A DNA stretch of 64,000 nt from Candidatus Rokuibacteriota bacterium (GCA_003221615.1 QHSQ01000108.1:9678-73677), one strand, 5' to 3'. Positions 26,154-35,248 are shown, counted from the first letter of the stretch. Numbers and translations are program-made. Notes: generated by a model not told the origin, from the letters alone.

Positions 26154-27929
26154 TCAGCTGCTCAGCTTGAACCGTGCGAGGCTCGCCGTGAGCGCCTCGG
26201 CCACGCGGACCATCTGATCCATGGTCTTCCGCGTCTCGACCACGGCCTTCTCGGTCTCGACCGCCACGCCGGCGATCGACTGGACCGCGACCGCGCCGCC
26301 CTCGACGCCCCGCACCTGGTCCTGCGTCGTCTGCGAGATCTCCAGCGCCAGCGCCGCGGACTTCTGCGAGATCTCGCCGATCTGGTGCAAACGCTCGCCG
26401 GCCTCGACCGTCACCTTGAAGCCCGCCTCGACTTCACGAGTGCCTTCTTCCATGGCCACGACCGCCTGCTGGGTCTCGGCCTGCACGGCCTTGATCAGCA
26501 CGACGATGTCCTTGGCCGCCTTGCCGGAGCGCTCGGCGAGCTTTCTCACCTCTTCGGCCACGACCGCGAAGCGCAGGCCGGACTCGCCGGCGCCAGCGGC
26601 CTCGATGGCGGCGTTGAGCGCCAGGAGGTTGGTCTGCGACGCGATGTCCTCGATCGTGTTCACGATCTCGGAGATCTCGAGCGAGCGATCGGCCAGGCTC
26701 TTGACCTTCTTCGAGATCCCCTGCACCTCGCCCCGGATCCGCTGCATCCCGGTGAGACTGGCGCGCACCGCGTGCTCGCCCTTGGTCGCGGAGTCGAGCG
26801 TCAGCTTGGCGGCCTCCGCGGAGGCCTCCGCGTTCCCGGCGACCCGCCGCATCGAGCGAGTCAGATTCTCCATCGCGTCGCTCACGCCCACGGCTTCCCG
26901 CGACTGCGTCTGAGCGCCGCCGGCCGTCGCTTCCATCGCGCCGATCATCTCCGTGGCGCTCGTCAGCACCTGCTGCGCGGTATCGCGCACGTCGTTGATG
27001 ATCATCGCCAGCTCGCCGACCATCACGTTGATCGCGTCGACGACGCTGCCGAGGGCGTCGGAGGTCACCTGGCCGCGCTTGGTCAGGTCCCCCTGCGCGA
27101 TCTCGGTCGCGATGTCGAGGAACCGCGTGATGTTGCGCTGGAGCTCCTCGCGCTTGTGGCGCTCCTCGTCACGCTCCGTTTCGGTCTGGACCAGCGACCG
27201 CAGCCGGACCACGGTGTCGTTGAAGGTGTTCGCGAGCTGCCCGATCTCGTCGCGTGACTTCACGACCACGAGCCTCGAGAGATCGCCCTGCCCCACGCGC
27301 TCGGCGACCCGCACGACCTGGATGACCGGCTTGGTGATCTGGTGGGCGAAGACCGCGCCGGCGAGGACCGCGAGCAGCGCGACGCCGCCGAAGACCAGGA
27401 GCAGGTTCTGGCCGGACTTGGCCGCCGCGGCGGTGATGATCGAGCGGTCCATCCCCACGCGAACCGTTCCGAGCTGGCCGGCGAGGACCGGCACGCCGAT
27501 GTCGATGATCTGCTGAACCGCCCCCGTGACCGGGTCGGCGTAGGCGATGTCGCGGACCTGCTGCGTCGCCTCGCCGGGCACCAGGTTGCGGTCGACGATC
27601 CCGGCCGGGACCAGCGGCGAGAACGTGTGCGCGACCAGCGTCTTCTGCGGGTCGTACACGATCACGTACTTGACGCCGTTGATGGCGGCGAACTGGTCGA
27701 CGGTGGCCTGCACCGTCGACGCGTCGCGGGTCAGCAGCAGGTCGACGCCCGAGCTGGCCAGGCTCTTGGCGATGGCGCTGCCCTTGGAGGTGAACTCGTC
27801 CGTCAGGTTCGTGGTGAGGGCGCGCACCGAGATCCACCAGGTGATCGTCGCCAGCGGAACGAGCGTCACCGCCAGGAACAGGATGATCTTCCCGAGGAGA
27901 CCCAGCCGCACGGTCCGTTGCTTGTTCAT
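26154..27929 (-). CDS. Methyl-accepting chemotaxis protein (TM1-periplasmic sensor-TM2-HAMP-signalling domain)
   Basis: The start ATG 27929 ([21 protein letters not shown]...) overlaps the stop of the upstream SBP gene (ATGA). HAMP (...[25 protein letters not shown]...) is present. The conserved hairpin tip reads [42 protein letters not shown]. The rest of listed ORF 26154..29153 is read-through. Confidence 0.9.
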   Translation of the reverse strand: MNKQRTVRLGLLGKIILFLAVTLVPLATITWWISVRALTTNLTDEFTSKGSAIAKSLASSGVDLLLTRDASTVQATVDQFAAINGVKYVIVYDPQKTLVAHTFSPLVPAGIVDRNLVPGEATQQVRDIAYADPVTGAVQQIIDIGVPVLAGQLGTVRVGMDRSIITAAAAKSGQNLLLVFGGVALLAVLAGAVFAHQITKPVIQVVRVAERVGQGDLSRLVVVKSRDEIGQLANTFNDTVVRLRSLVQTETERDEERHKREELQRNITRFLDIATEIAQGDLTKRGQVTSDALGSVVDAINVMVGELAMIINDVRDTAQQVLTSATEMIGAMEATAGGAQTQSREAVGVSDAMENLTRSMRRVAGNAEASAEAAKLTLDSATKGEHAVRASLTGMQRIRGEVQGISKKVKSLADRSLEISEIVNTIEDIASQTNLLALNAAIEAAGAGESGLRFAVVAEEVRKLAERSGKAAKDIVVLIKAVQAETQQAVVAMEEGTREVEAGFKVTVEAGERLHQIGEISQKSAALALEISQTTQDQVRGVEGGAVAVQSIAGVAVETEKAVVETRKTMDQMVRVAEALTASLARFKLSS

Positions 27930-29227
27930 GCTTTCACCGCCGCCGCCCAGTCCGTGATGGGGGCCCATCGAGCGTTCACCACTCTGGTGAAGTACACGTT
28001 GTCCAGCCCCTGATGCCGCTCGGGCCCGAACGTGAGGGGCGCGCCGATGCCGAGGTCGAAGCTCCTCAGTGATTCGAGCGCCTGGCGGAATCCGGCGCGC
28101 GTCGGGTTCGGTCCGGCGCGCCGTAATCCCTCGACGATCACCCGGGCATTGACGAAGCCTTCCAGGCTCCGGAAGCTGAGCTGCTCGGGCGCGTGCTTGG
28201 CATCGCGAAGATAGTCGGGAATCTGTGGATTGTGCTTCTCCATCAGCGCCCGATACTCGACGACGCCGGGCAGGCTCACGTCGTCGTAGCTCGGCACCAC
28301 CTGTGAATTGACGAGCGCCTGCGTGTAGTCGCGCGCGGTGGCCTGGCCATGCTTGAGGAGGAGATGCAACATCGCCTCGGAGCCGACGAACGACACGTTC
28401 GAGATCGGCACGGTCCAGCCCAGGTCCCGCGCGGTCCGCACGAACGCGCCGCAACCCTGATAGGCGCCGGTGCACAGCACCGCCTCGACGCCGGCCTCGC
28501 GAAGCGCCTGCACGGCCGGAGTCATGTCGTCCTCGAACTTGGCGCCGCGGATATAGGTGGCCTCGGCGGCGATCCGCATTCCGCGGTGCGCGAGCCCGCG
28601 GGCGACGCCGTCGGTACCGCTGCGGCCGTAGGCGTCGATCTGGTAGTAGACGCCGAACCGACGTACGCCCGTCTGCCAGAAGCGCTCGACGAGCGCCACC
28701 ATCTCCTGCCGGTACGAGGCCCGGATGTTGAAGACCTGCTCGAGATAGGGCTCCTCGCGCTGCGGCTGGGCGCCCGTGAAGTTGCCGACCAGGATCACCT
28801 GGCGGTCGGCATAGCGCTTGATCACCGGGAGCGCGCGCGTGAGCGTCGGCGTGCCGACGTAGTTCGAGAGAAAGAAGACCTGCTCCTTCTCGACGAGCTC
28901 GATCGTGTTCTTGATGCACGGAGTCGGCTCGTACCCGTCGTCGAGCGCGACGACCGAGATCGCGCGGCCGTGCACACCGCCGCGCTGATTGATTTCGCTG
29001 TAGTAGGCCAGCGCGCCGCGATAGAGCTCGACCCCGAGGCCCGCCGAGGGCCCCTTGAAGGCGGCGCTCATACCGATCCGAATGTCCTTGGTGCTCACGC
29101 CGGGGCTGGCGCCCCGCGCATCGATGCCGCTCCGGGCGGCCGCCTGGCCCCACGCCGAACGGTTCCGGCCCAGGACTCCGCCCACCGCGGCCGCCGAGAG
29201 CACCTTGAGCACCGTTCGCCGTTTCAT
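27926..29227 (-). CDS. Periplasmic binding protein, Leu/Ile/Val-binding (type 1, LivK-like) family, encoded inside the che operon
   Basis: GGAGGAGG SD, then ATG 29233 or 29227. Tat-like signal [20 protein letters not shown]. Core ...[53 protein letters not shown].... Confidence 0.85.
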   Translation of the reverse strand: MKRRTVLKVLSAAAVGGVLGRNRSAWGQAAARSGIDARGASPGVSTKDIRIGMSAAFKGPSAGLGVELYRGALAYYSEINQRGGVHGRAISVVALDDGYEPTPCIKNTIELVEKEQVFFLSNYVGTPTLTRALPVIKRYADRQVILVGNFTGAQPQREEPYLEQVFNIRASYRQEMVALVERFWQTGVRRFGVYYQIDAYGRSGTDGVARGLAHRGMRIAAEATYIRGAKFEDDMTPAVQALREAGVEAVLCTGAYQGCGAFVRTARDLGWTVPISNVSFVGSEAMLHLLLKHGQATARDYTQALVNSQVVPSYDDVSLPGVVEYRALMEKHNPQIPDYLRDAKHAPEQLSFRSLEGFVNARVIVEGLRRAGPNPTRAGFRQALESLRSFDLGIGAPLTFGPERHQGLDNVYFTRVVNARWAPITDWAAAVKA

Positions 29228-29229
29228 CG

Positions 29230-29697
29230 TCATTCCTCCTCCCGCTGCGCTTCTCTCAGCGCCCGCAGAAGCCGTCCCGGATCGAGCAGGGGTACGAGCC
29301 GCTCGCCGTCGGGCAGAAACCCGAGGGCCCACCGCGCGTGGGGCTGCGGGCTCGACTCGTCGAGCGTCACGATGCCGCCGAACGCCTCGAGGCTGACCTC
29401 ACCGTCGATGACCAGTGCGACCTCGAATTCTTCGGCCTCCACGATCAAGGTCGACAGCTTGCGCCCGCCGCGGCGGGCGGCGAGCCCGAGCACTGCACGG
29501 GCATCGGCGATCGGTACGACGTCGCCGCGCAGGTTGGCCACACCCACGAGATGCGGCGGCGCTAGCGGCACCGTCGTCCACTCCTCGAAGATCGCGACCT
29601 CGCGCACCTGGATGACGTCGAACGCGAACGGCTGGCCGGCGAGCGCGAACACGCAGGCGCGGACCGCCGCGGAGCTGTCGAGCAGACTGGTGCTCAT
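29230..29697 (-). CDS. cheW: CheW-like coupling protein
   Basis: ATG 29697 overlaps the cheY stop (ATGA). CheW pattern ...[20 protein letters not shown]...[23 protein letters not shown].... Confidence 0.9.
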   Translation of the reverse strand: MSTSLLDSSAAVRACVFALAGQPFAFDVIQVREVAIFEEWTTVPLAPPHLVGVANLRGDVVPIADARAVLGLAARRGGRKLSTLIVEAEEFEVALVIDGEVSLEAFGGIVTLDESSPQPHARWALGFLPDGERLVPLLDPGRLLRALREAQREEE

Positions 29698-30056
29698 CGG
29701 AGGAACCGCCTGACGATCGCGAGGAGCTGGTCGGCCGTGAACGGTTTCGCCAGGTACTCGTCCGCGCCCTGGCGCATGCCCCAGATGCGGTCGCTTTCCT
29801 GGTTCTTCGAGCTGACCACGATCACGCGCGCCTGCTTGGTGCGCTCGTCCCGGCGCACGCCGCGGAGCGCCTCGAAGCCGTTCCGCTTGGGCATCACGAT
29901 GTCGAGCAGCACGACGTCCGGCTGCTCCTTGGCGATCTTCTCCTCCAGCTGGTCGCCGTCGAGGTACGTGACAACGTCGTACCCGGCCGATCGGAGGATC
30001 GTTTCCATCACCTGGAGCTCGGAGTACGCGTCGTCGACCACCATCACCTTGGGCAT
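29694..30056 (-). CDS. cheY: Single-domain CheY-like response regulator
   Basis: ATG 30056 (MPKVMVVDDAY...) with GGGAGG upstream. Canonical REC residues (DD, VVLLDIVMP, VVSS, AKPF). Upstream codons of ORF 29694..30167 were discarded. Confidence 0.9.
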   Translation of the reverse strand: MPKVMVVDDAYSELQVMETILRSAGYDVVTYLDGDQLEEKIAKEQPDVVLLDIVMPKRNGFEALRGVRRDERTKQARVIVVSSKNQESDRIWGMRQGADEYLAKPFTADQLLAIVRRFLR

Positions 30057-30211
30057 CGGGGCGCAGGCCTCCCGGGGCGGTTCTGCCGTCGTGTCCGCCG
30101 TATGTGCCTCGGTGCAACCCATCTGCCACCGCCAGCGTCGATGGCGCGCGCCTTTACGCTCGAACAAACGCGGTACTTAGGCGATTTAACTCGCTCCGCG
30201 GCTCGTGCTCG

Positions 30212-30251
30212 TGACAACTAGTCCGTTCCGATGACAACTTCTGTCAATACT
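30212..30251. promoter_or_regulatory. Direct repeats TGACAACT (x2, 20-bp spacing) plus TGTCAATACT in the divergent che / TPR-Roadblock intergenic region
   Basis: TGACAACT occurs at 30212-30219 and 30232-30239, and the related TGTCAATACT at 30242-30251. The patch is locally AT-richer within the 299-bp divergent intergenic region. Confidence 0.25.
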
Positions 30252-30355
30252 GTCCCGTGCCAGCGTGGCGCGCCTTCGTCAACCGCGCGACAGGTCAGGG
30301 CCCGATGGGCGCCGAGGGCATGTGGCGAAGATCTTGAAAGCGCCGAAAAGGCGCC

Positions 30356-31132
30356 ATGCTGTTCGCGCGAATCTGGCACCTGGTCCGGGGCACGAAACGA
30401 CAGCCGACGAGCGCACTGATGTTGCGGGCGCAGCGCCTTCGGGACGAGGGACGCTACCGGCGCGCGGCCGGGCTCGTCGACGAAGCGCTGGTCCACGATC
30501 CGAAGAGTGTCGTGGGGCATCTGTTGGCGGCCTCGCTCCACATGGTCCTGCGCGAGACCGGCCAGGCCAGGACCTCGTTCGAGCGAGTGCTCGCGCTCGA
30601 GCCGACGCAGCCGCGAGCGCTGCTGGGGCTCGCGCGCGTCGAGCTCGAGGACGGCGAGACGTCGGCGTGCTGCGCGCTGCTCAATCGAGCGCTGGCACGC
30701 TATCCGGACTTCCCGGAGGCACGCGCCCTGCTCGAGGTCGCCCGGGGGCTCCTGATAACCGCCGACACGAAGCGCGACACCACGTCGAACGGGACGGCCC
30801 ACGCCGACCGTCTGCGTCTGCCGGCCGAGAGCCGCGAAGCGTTGTTCATGCGAGCCGATGCGACCGTGATCGTCGCCGAGCCGCATGGACCGCGGACCGA
30901 CGCGGTCACCGCTCGCGCCGTGAAGCTCGCGACCGTCGCAACGGCGATGCTCGGACGCGCCGGGCTCGGTCCGTTGCGTCACGCCGTCATCGAGGGCGCG
31001 GCCGAGACGACGTACCTGCGCAGGGACGACGCGGCGCTGCTGACCCTGTCCTTCGACCGCGACGTGAAGTGCACGACGGCGCTGGGGCACCTCGAGCGGG
31101 TGTGGCGCAGGTGCCGCTCGGAGCTCGCATGA
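30356..31132 (+). CDS. TPR-repeat protein with C-terminal Roadblock-like region
   Basis: N-terminal TPR-like helices (...RYRRAAGLVDEALVHDPKSV...FERVLALEPTQPRALLGLARVELEDGE...LNRALARYPDFPEARALL...). C-terminus ...ALFMRADATVIVAEP....AVIEGAAETTYLRRDDAALLTLSFDRD... (Roadblock-like by inference). Confidence 0.7.
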   Translation: MLFARIWHLVRGTKRQPTSALMLRAQRLRDEGRYRRAAGLVDEALVHDPKSVVGHLLAASLHMVLRETGQARTSFERVLALEPTQPRALLGLARVELEDGETSACCALLNRALARYPDFPEARALLEVARGLLITADTKRDTTSNGTAHADRLRLPAESREALFMRADATVIVAEPHGPRTDAVTARAVKLATVATAMLGRAGLGPLRHAVIEGAAETTYLRRDDAALLTLSFDRDVKCTTALGHLERVWRRCRSELA

Positions 31133-31521
31133 GCGCCACCGCCGTCGCGACGCGTCCCGCGGACGGGCGCGACCTCCGTGCCGTGCTCGCCGAGCTTCTG
31201 AAGCTCGAGCACATCATCGGCGGGCTCGTCGTCGCTCCCGACGGGCTCGTGATCGCCGCCAATCTTCCGCGCGAGGTTCAGGCCGAGCCGCTGTCAGCGC
31301 TGGCGGCCGCGCTGGGTCGCGAGCTCGAGCTTCGCGGCCCTCGGCTTCGGCGCGGAACGTTTCCGACGGCACAGTTCGCGAGCGTGAGCGGATCCGCGTT
31401 TCTGGGCAGCACTCCCGTGGGCTACATCGTGCTGCTCGGTGAACCGCGCGCGGACTGGGACTCGGTTCGCTCGGGTCTGCGCGGCGCGCTCGGAACCGTC
31501 TATCGCGCCTGGGCGGGCTAG
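31129..31521 (+). CDS. Roadblock/LC7 domain protein
   Basis: The ATG overlaps the stop of the TPR gene (ATGA). Pattern ...IIGGLVVAPDGLVIAANLP....LSALAAALGREL....FASVSGSAFLGSTPVGYIVLLGEPRAD.... Confidence 0.75.
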   Translation: MSATAVATRPADGRDLRAVLAELLKLEHIIGGLVVAPDGLVIAANLPREVQAEPLSALAAALGRELELRGPRLRRGTFPTAQFASVSGSAFLGSTPVGYIVLLGEPRADWDSVRSGLRGALGTVYRAWAG

Positions 31522-31629
31522 TCCACCTCGGCAACTGCGCGAATTTCTTCGCCGAAATCCCTGATAGTTCTTGCTGGTTTCCCGGCGTCTTGGGAGTAAG
31601 ATTTACGCTCACCTAAGGAGAATCCGGCC

Positions 31630-31956
31630 ATGCTAAACGGTGAGCGCTCGATACTGATCGTGGTCCCGAGAGGCGGGCAAGATGCGTGTCGGTCGCTGAG
31701 CCATACCTTCGCCGACGACTCGACGGTCGAGGTGATCGTCGACCGCCGCCTCACCGATCGTCGATCTGGGAACGGCGCGCACCGACCCGAGCGGCGCCAG
31801 GGCGATCGGCGGACGCGGCCCGACGCCGACGCCGAGCTGAAGGTCGACCGGTGGATCGCGGTTCCGCGCGCGACGGGGGCCAATCGGTCGAGCGTCAGGC
31901 GGCCGCTGAGCCGCGTGGGCGCGACCGAGCCGTCCGCTCAGGCCGCCACGGGCTAG
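31630..31956 (+). CDS. Small protein with uncharacterised 'DRR' N-terminal domain (paralog 1 of 3)
   Basis: AAGGAGA SD 8 nt upstream of the ATG, with strong GC3 bias. It shares a pattern with 35360..36190 and 36209..37501: hydrophobic strand (ILIVV), ...VEVIVDRR..., ...DRRTRPDADAELKVDRWIAVP. Confidence 0.6.
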   Translation: MLNGERSILIVVPRGGQDACRSLSHTFADDSTVEVIVDRRLTDRRSGNGAHRPERRQGDRRTRPDADAELKVDRWIAVPRATGANRSSVRRPLSRVGATEPSAQAATG

Positions 31957-31966
31957 TCGTCGCGAG

Positions 31967-31987
31967 CCGGGTAGCGGCGCTACCCGG
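31967..31987. terminator. Perfect 10-bp-arm palindrome CCGGGTAGCG-G-CGCTACCCGG between convergent genes
   Basis: Read directly from the sequence. It lies 11 nt after the stop of 31630..31956 and overlaps the amidohydrolase stop codon (31980-31982). There is no U-tract, so intrinsic-terminator function is an inference. Confidence 0.4.
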
Positions 31988-33338
31988 TTCGAAGCCCCCG
32001 GAGGAGCTGGTCCGGCTCGTAGACCGCGCCGCGCGCGATCACTCGCTCGATGCGTCCGATGTTCCGGATGTCGGCCAGCGGATCGGCGGTCAGCAGCAGA
32101 AGATCGGCCGCTCGACCCGGCGCGATCGTCCCGAAGAGCTCGCGCTTCCCCAGACGCTCTGCGGGCCGCCGGGTCGCCGCCAGGATCGCTTCCATCGGCG
32201 AGAGACCCGCGCGCACCAGAAGCTCGAGCTCCCGATGCAGCGAGAAGCCCGAGACGATCGCGACGTTCGGACAATCGGTTCCCGCCAATACCATCCCGCC
32301 CGCCCGATGAAAGCCGCCGACCAGCGTGAGGATGTTGTCCCACGCACGTCTCATGCGATGCCTGGCCGCCTCCGAGGCGCCGTGCGCGGCGGCGCGGCGC
32401 TCGGCCCACCGGCCGACGAGCTCTTTGCCCACCGCCGAGGGTAAAAGTGGCAGGGCCTTCGTTCGCTCCGGATCGTCCATCGACGTGTCGCCGACATCGT
32501 CGCCGAGAGCGCCCGGCCTCGCGGCATAGAGAACCAGGGTCGGATCGAGCGCCGTACCGGCCGCGATCAGGCCGTCGTAGAGCCGGTGAACCGCGTCGGA
32601 GCGCGGATCGAAATCGCCGAGCCAGCGCCAGAGCCAGCCGCCGTACTCGAAGGGGTTCAGCTTCGCCGGTTCGGCCAGCCAGAACCCCTGAGGCGCGAGC
32701 TGGCCGAAGACGTTCACGTGCTCCACCGAGTCGATGCCCGCGAGCGCGGCCTCGACGCCCCAGGTCGCGTGCTGGTGCATGAAGACCGGCAGGCCCCGCG
32801 CGTGGGCGCGCGCGCACGCGCGGCGCGCCGTGTCGGGTCTCACGGTCACATAGAGCTTGATGGCGTCCACGCCCGCGTCCGCCAGCGCATCGACCTCGGC
32901 CTCCGTGTTCGTCGAGTCGAACCGACGGCAGAAGCCGGCGAATCCCGCGTACAACTCGCCTTCCTCCAGCATCGGTCCTGTAAAGAGAATGCGCGGGCCG
33001 GGCCTCGCGCCTGATTCGATCAGGGCGCGATAGCCCGCGACGTCGTGAAGCTGGCCGCCGAGATCGAGCACCGTAGTGACGCCCGCGGCCAGAAAGAACT
33101 CGGGATGCCACTTCTCGGGCGTGTACACGTGGACGTGCATGTCGACGAGCCCGGGAGTGACGAACTTCCCCTTGCCATCGATGATCGTCGCGTCCGGCGG
33201 AATTGGTGTCGTCACCGCCGACCCGACCGAGGCAACCCGGTCACCCTCGATCACGACCGTTGCGCTCTCGAGGGGAGGACGTCCGGTACCGTCCAGGACG
33301 GTGGCGCCCGAAACGGCCAGCCTGTGGATTTCTCTCAT
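31980..33338 (-). CDS. Amidohydrolase family protein (metal-dependent hydrolase)
   Basis: N-terminal ...GKFVTPGLVDMHVHVY... (HxH metal motif). The remainder is typical of the amidohydrolase superfamily (...GTDCPN..., ...ADLLLLTADPLADIRN...). Confidence 0.85.
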   Translation of the reverse strand: MREIHRLAVSGATVLDGTGRPPLESATVVIEGDRVASVGSAVTTPIPPDATIIDGKGKFVTPGLVDMHVHVYTPEKWHPEFFLAAGVTTVLDLGGQLHDVAGYRALIESGARPGPRILFTGPMLEEGELYAGFAGFCRRFDSTNTEAEVDALADAGVDAIKLYVTVRPDTARRACARAHARGLPVFMHQHATWGVEAALAGIDSVEHVNVFGQLAPQGFWLAEPAKLNPFEYGGWLWRWLGDFDPRSDAVHRLYDGLIAAGTALDPTLVLYAARPGALGDDVGDTSMDDPERTKALPLLPSAVGKELVGRWAERRAAAHGASEAARHRMRRAWDNILTLVGGFHRAGGMVLAGTDCPNVAIVSGFSLHRELELLVRAGLSPMEAILAATRRPAERLGKRELFGTIAPGRAADLLLLTADPLADIRNIGRIERVIARGAVYEPDQLLRGLRTG

Positions 33339-33455
33339 GTCATAAATCCCAGTTTTACCAGGATGTTGCGTGGCACAACCGAGCGGTTACCAACAGAGTT
33401 ATCCACAGCAGTGCATAACCTTCGCCGGGCCTGTCGGTGACCGGGGTCACGAGCC

Positions 33456-35147
33456 TCAGTGCCGAACGGAGGAGACCTTTCCGATCACCCGGAGCACTGA
33501 CTGCGAGTCGGTCTGCTTCACGGGCGCGATTCGCGGCAGACGCACCACGAACTCGCTTCCGCGCCCCGGCCCATCGCTGAAGGCCTCGACTCTCCCACCG
33601 TGAAGCTCCACGAGCCGGCGCACCAGGGTAAGGCCGATGCCGAGGCCGCCCTGAGCATGATCGAGCCGCCGCTCGCCCTGCAGCGGCAAGTCGAACATGT
33701 GAGGAAGAAGCTTGAGCGGAATCCCGATCCCCGTGTCGGAGACGCCGATGACGGCAAGAGCCTCCTCGCCCGTGACCCGAATCCGGATCGTCCCGCCGGG
33801 CGTGGTGTACCTGATCGCGTTCGTTAGCAGATTCGAGACGATCTGGTTGAGCCGCGTCGGGTCCGCGTTCGCCCAGACGGGCTCGGCCCGAACATCGACG
33901 ACGTGGCGCTCGAGCCTTCCCGTGCTCGCCAGGTCGCTCACCGAGCGCTGAACGCTTGTCGCCAGGTTCAACGGCTCGCACGAGAGCGCGATCTGGCCGC
34001 TGGCGACGTGGACGATGTCCAGGAGGTCGTCGACCAACCGGCCGAGATGGGTGATCTGATGACGGATCCCCTCGCGCGCGCGCATCGCGACGTCGTCGTG
34101 GCCGCCGATCCGATCGAGGACGCTGACCGCGCTGATGATGGCGGCCAGCGGATTGCGAAGCTCGTGACCCAGCATCGCGAGGAACTCGTCCTTCGCCCGA
34201 TTGGCGGCTTCGGCTTCGGCGCGCGCGGCCTCGGCCCTCACGAGCAGTTGCTCGCGCTCCTGATCGATGCGCCGGCGCTCTTCGACGACGGCCCCGGCCG
34301 ACATGGCCATCACCGACACGGTGCCCATGAAGACTTGCAGCAGCAGCAGCGACTCGTTCGTCGGCACACTCGCCAGAGGCCCGAAGCCGCGAAGCGTTTC
34401 CCAGACCGCGATGCCGGACAGCACGGCGACGAGCATCGCGGCCTCGCGCTGACGGAAGCGCACGGCGGCCCAGACGAGCGGAGGCGTGCACAGGAACGTG
34501 AGCGGAAGCGTCATCAGCCCCCGATGCGCCAGCCCTTCGCCGAACACCGCGAGCCCGATGAACGTCGTCGTGAGCCAGAGGGCGGCGGCCTCGAGCAACC
34601 GGCCAGACGAGGGGCCGGACCACCAGTCGCGCACCAGCAAAACCAGGAGCGGAGCGAAGACCAGCGCGCCTGTCGCGTCGCCGAGCCACCACGTGAGCCA
34701 GATGCCGTCGAGATCGCCCCATCCCGCGAATCCGCCGAGCGAGAGGCTGACGACGCCGATGGTCGCGCTGACGAGGCTCGACAGCAGGCCCGCGAGCACG
34801 GCGAACTTGAAGACGTCCTGAGCATGGTCGAACGCGCGCGCGCCGTTGGCGTATCGCACGACGAGAAACGCGCCAAGGAGTCCCTCGAGCGTGTTGCCCA
34901 GCGCGATGGCCACCGCCGTCGCCGCCGAGCCCGCGGTGCTGACGTTCACAACGAACGCGCCCGCGAAGATCGCCGGCCAGAGGCGGTAGCCGAGTGTCAA
35001 GAACGCGGCGAGCGCGATTCCAGTCGGCGGCCAAACCGGCGAAGCGCTCGCGTGGACCGACGCGAGGGAAAGCCCGACCTTTCCCGCGAGGACGTAGAGG
35101 CCGAAGATCCCCGCCAGGCTCAGGAGATATTTGCGATCGGCGAGCAT
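33456..35147 (-). CDS. Sensor histidine kinase with N-terminal MASE1 membrane domain
   Basis: MASE1-like multi-TM N-terminus (...LAGKVGLSLASVHASASPVWPPTGIALAAFL...). HisKA H-box FLAMLGHELRNPL. HATPase region (...VSDTGIGIP...GGLGIGLTLVRRLVELHGG...). Confidence 0.85.
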   Translation of the reverse strand: MLADRKYLLSLAGIFGLYVLAGKVGLSLASVHASASPVWPPTGIALAAFLTLGYRLWPAIFAGAFVVNVSTAGSAATAVAIALGNTLEGLLGAFLVVRYANGARAFDHAQDVFKFAVLAGLLSSLVSATIGVVSLSLGGFAGWGDLDGIWLTWWLGDATGALVFAPLLVLLVRDWWSGPSSGRLLEAAALWLTTTFIGLAVFGEGLAHRGLMTLPLTFLCTPPLVWAAVRFRQREAAMLVAVLSGIAVWETLRGFGPLASVPTNESLLLLQVFMGTVSVMAMSAGAVVEERRRIDQEREQLLVRAEAARAEAEAANRAKDEFLAMLGHELRNPLAAIISAVSVLDRIGGHDDVAMRAREGIRHQITHLGRLVDDLLDIVHVASGQIALSCEPLNLATSVQRSVSDLASTGRLERHVVDVRAEPVWANADPTRLNQIVSNLLTNAIRYTTPGGTIRIRVTGEEALAVIGVSDTGIGIPLKLLPHMFDLPLQGERRLDHAQGGLGIGLTLVRRLVELHGGRVEAFSDGPGRGSEFVVRLPRIAPVKQTDSQSVLRVIGKVSSVRH

Positions 35148-35230
35148 ATGAGAGTGCGCGCCCTCGTTCCGGCCGGGTCCGTGCGCACAGGCCCTGACCA
35201 GTCGCCAGTTGTGTGCGCCACAGGCCGGTC

Positions 35231-35248
35231 GCGGGGCTGAGGCCCCGC
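35231..35248. repeat. GC hairpin GCGGGGC-TGAG-GCCCCGC (second copy of the 7736..7752 element)
   Basis: Perfect 7-bp stem with the same stem and flanking bases (GTC...CGGC) as at 7733..7755. It lies ~110 nt downstream of the stop of 35360..36190 on the minus strand. Confidence 0.35.

Noticed and set aside
33371-33390. TGGCAC hexamer resembling the -24 element of a sigma-54 promoter, between the MASE1 kinase and the amidohydrolase.
   Set aside because: No TTGC-type -12 element lies at the correct spacing on the plus strand, and there is no downstream plus-strand gene. The related minus-strand TGG...TTG has 3 nt too much spacing.
33437-33450. 14-bp palindrome GTGACCGGGGTCAC just downstream of the MASE1 kinase stop.
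   Set aside because: It is too short, and chance occurrence in GC-rich DNA is plausible. It has no U-tract and no second copy was noticed.
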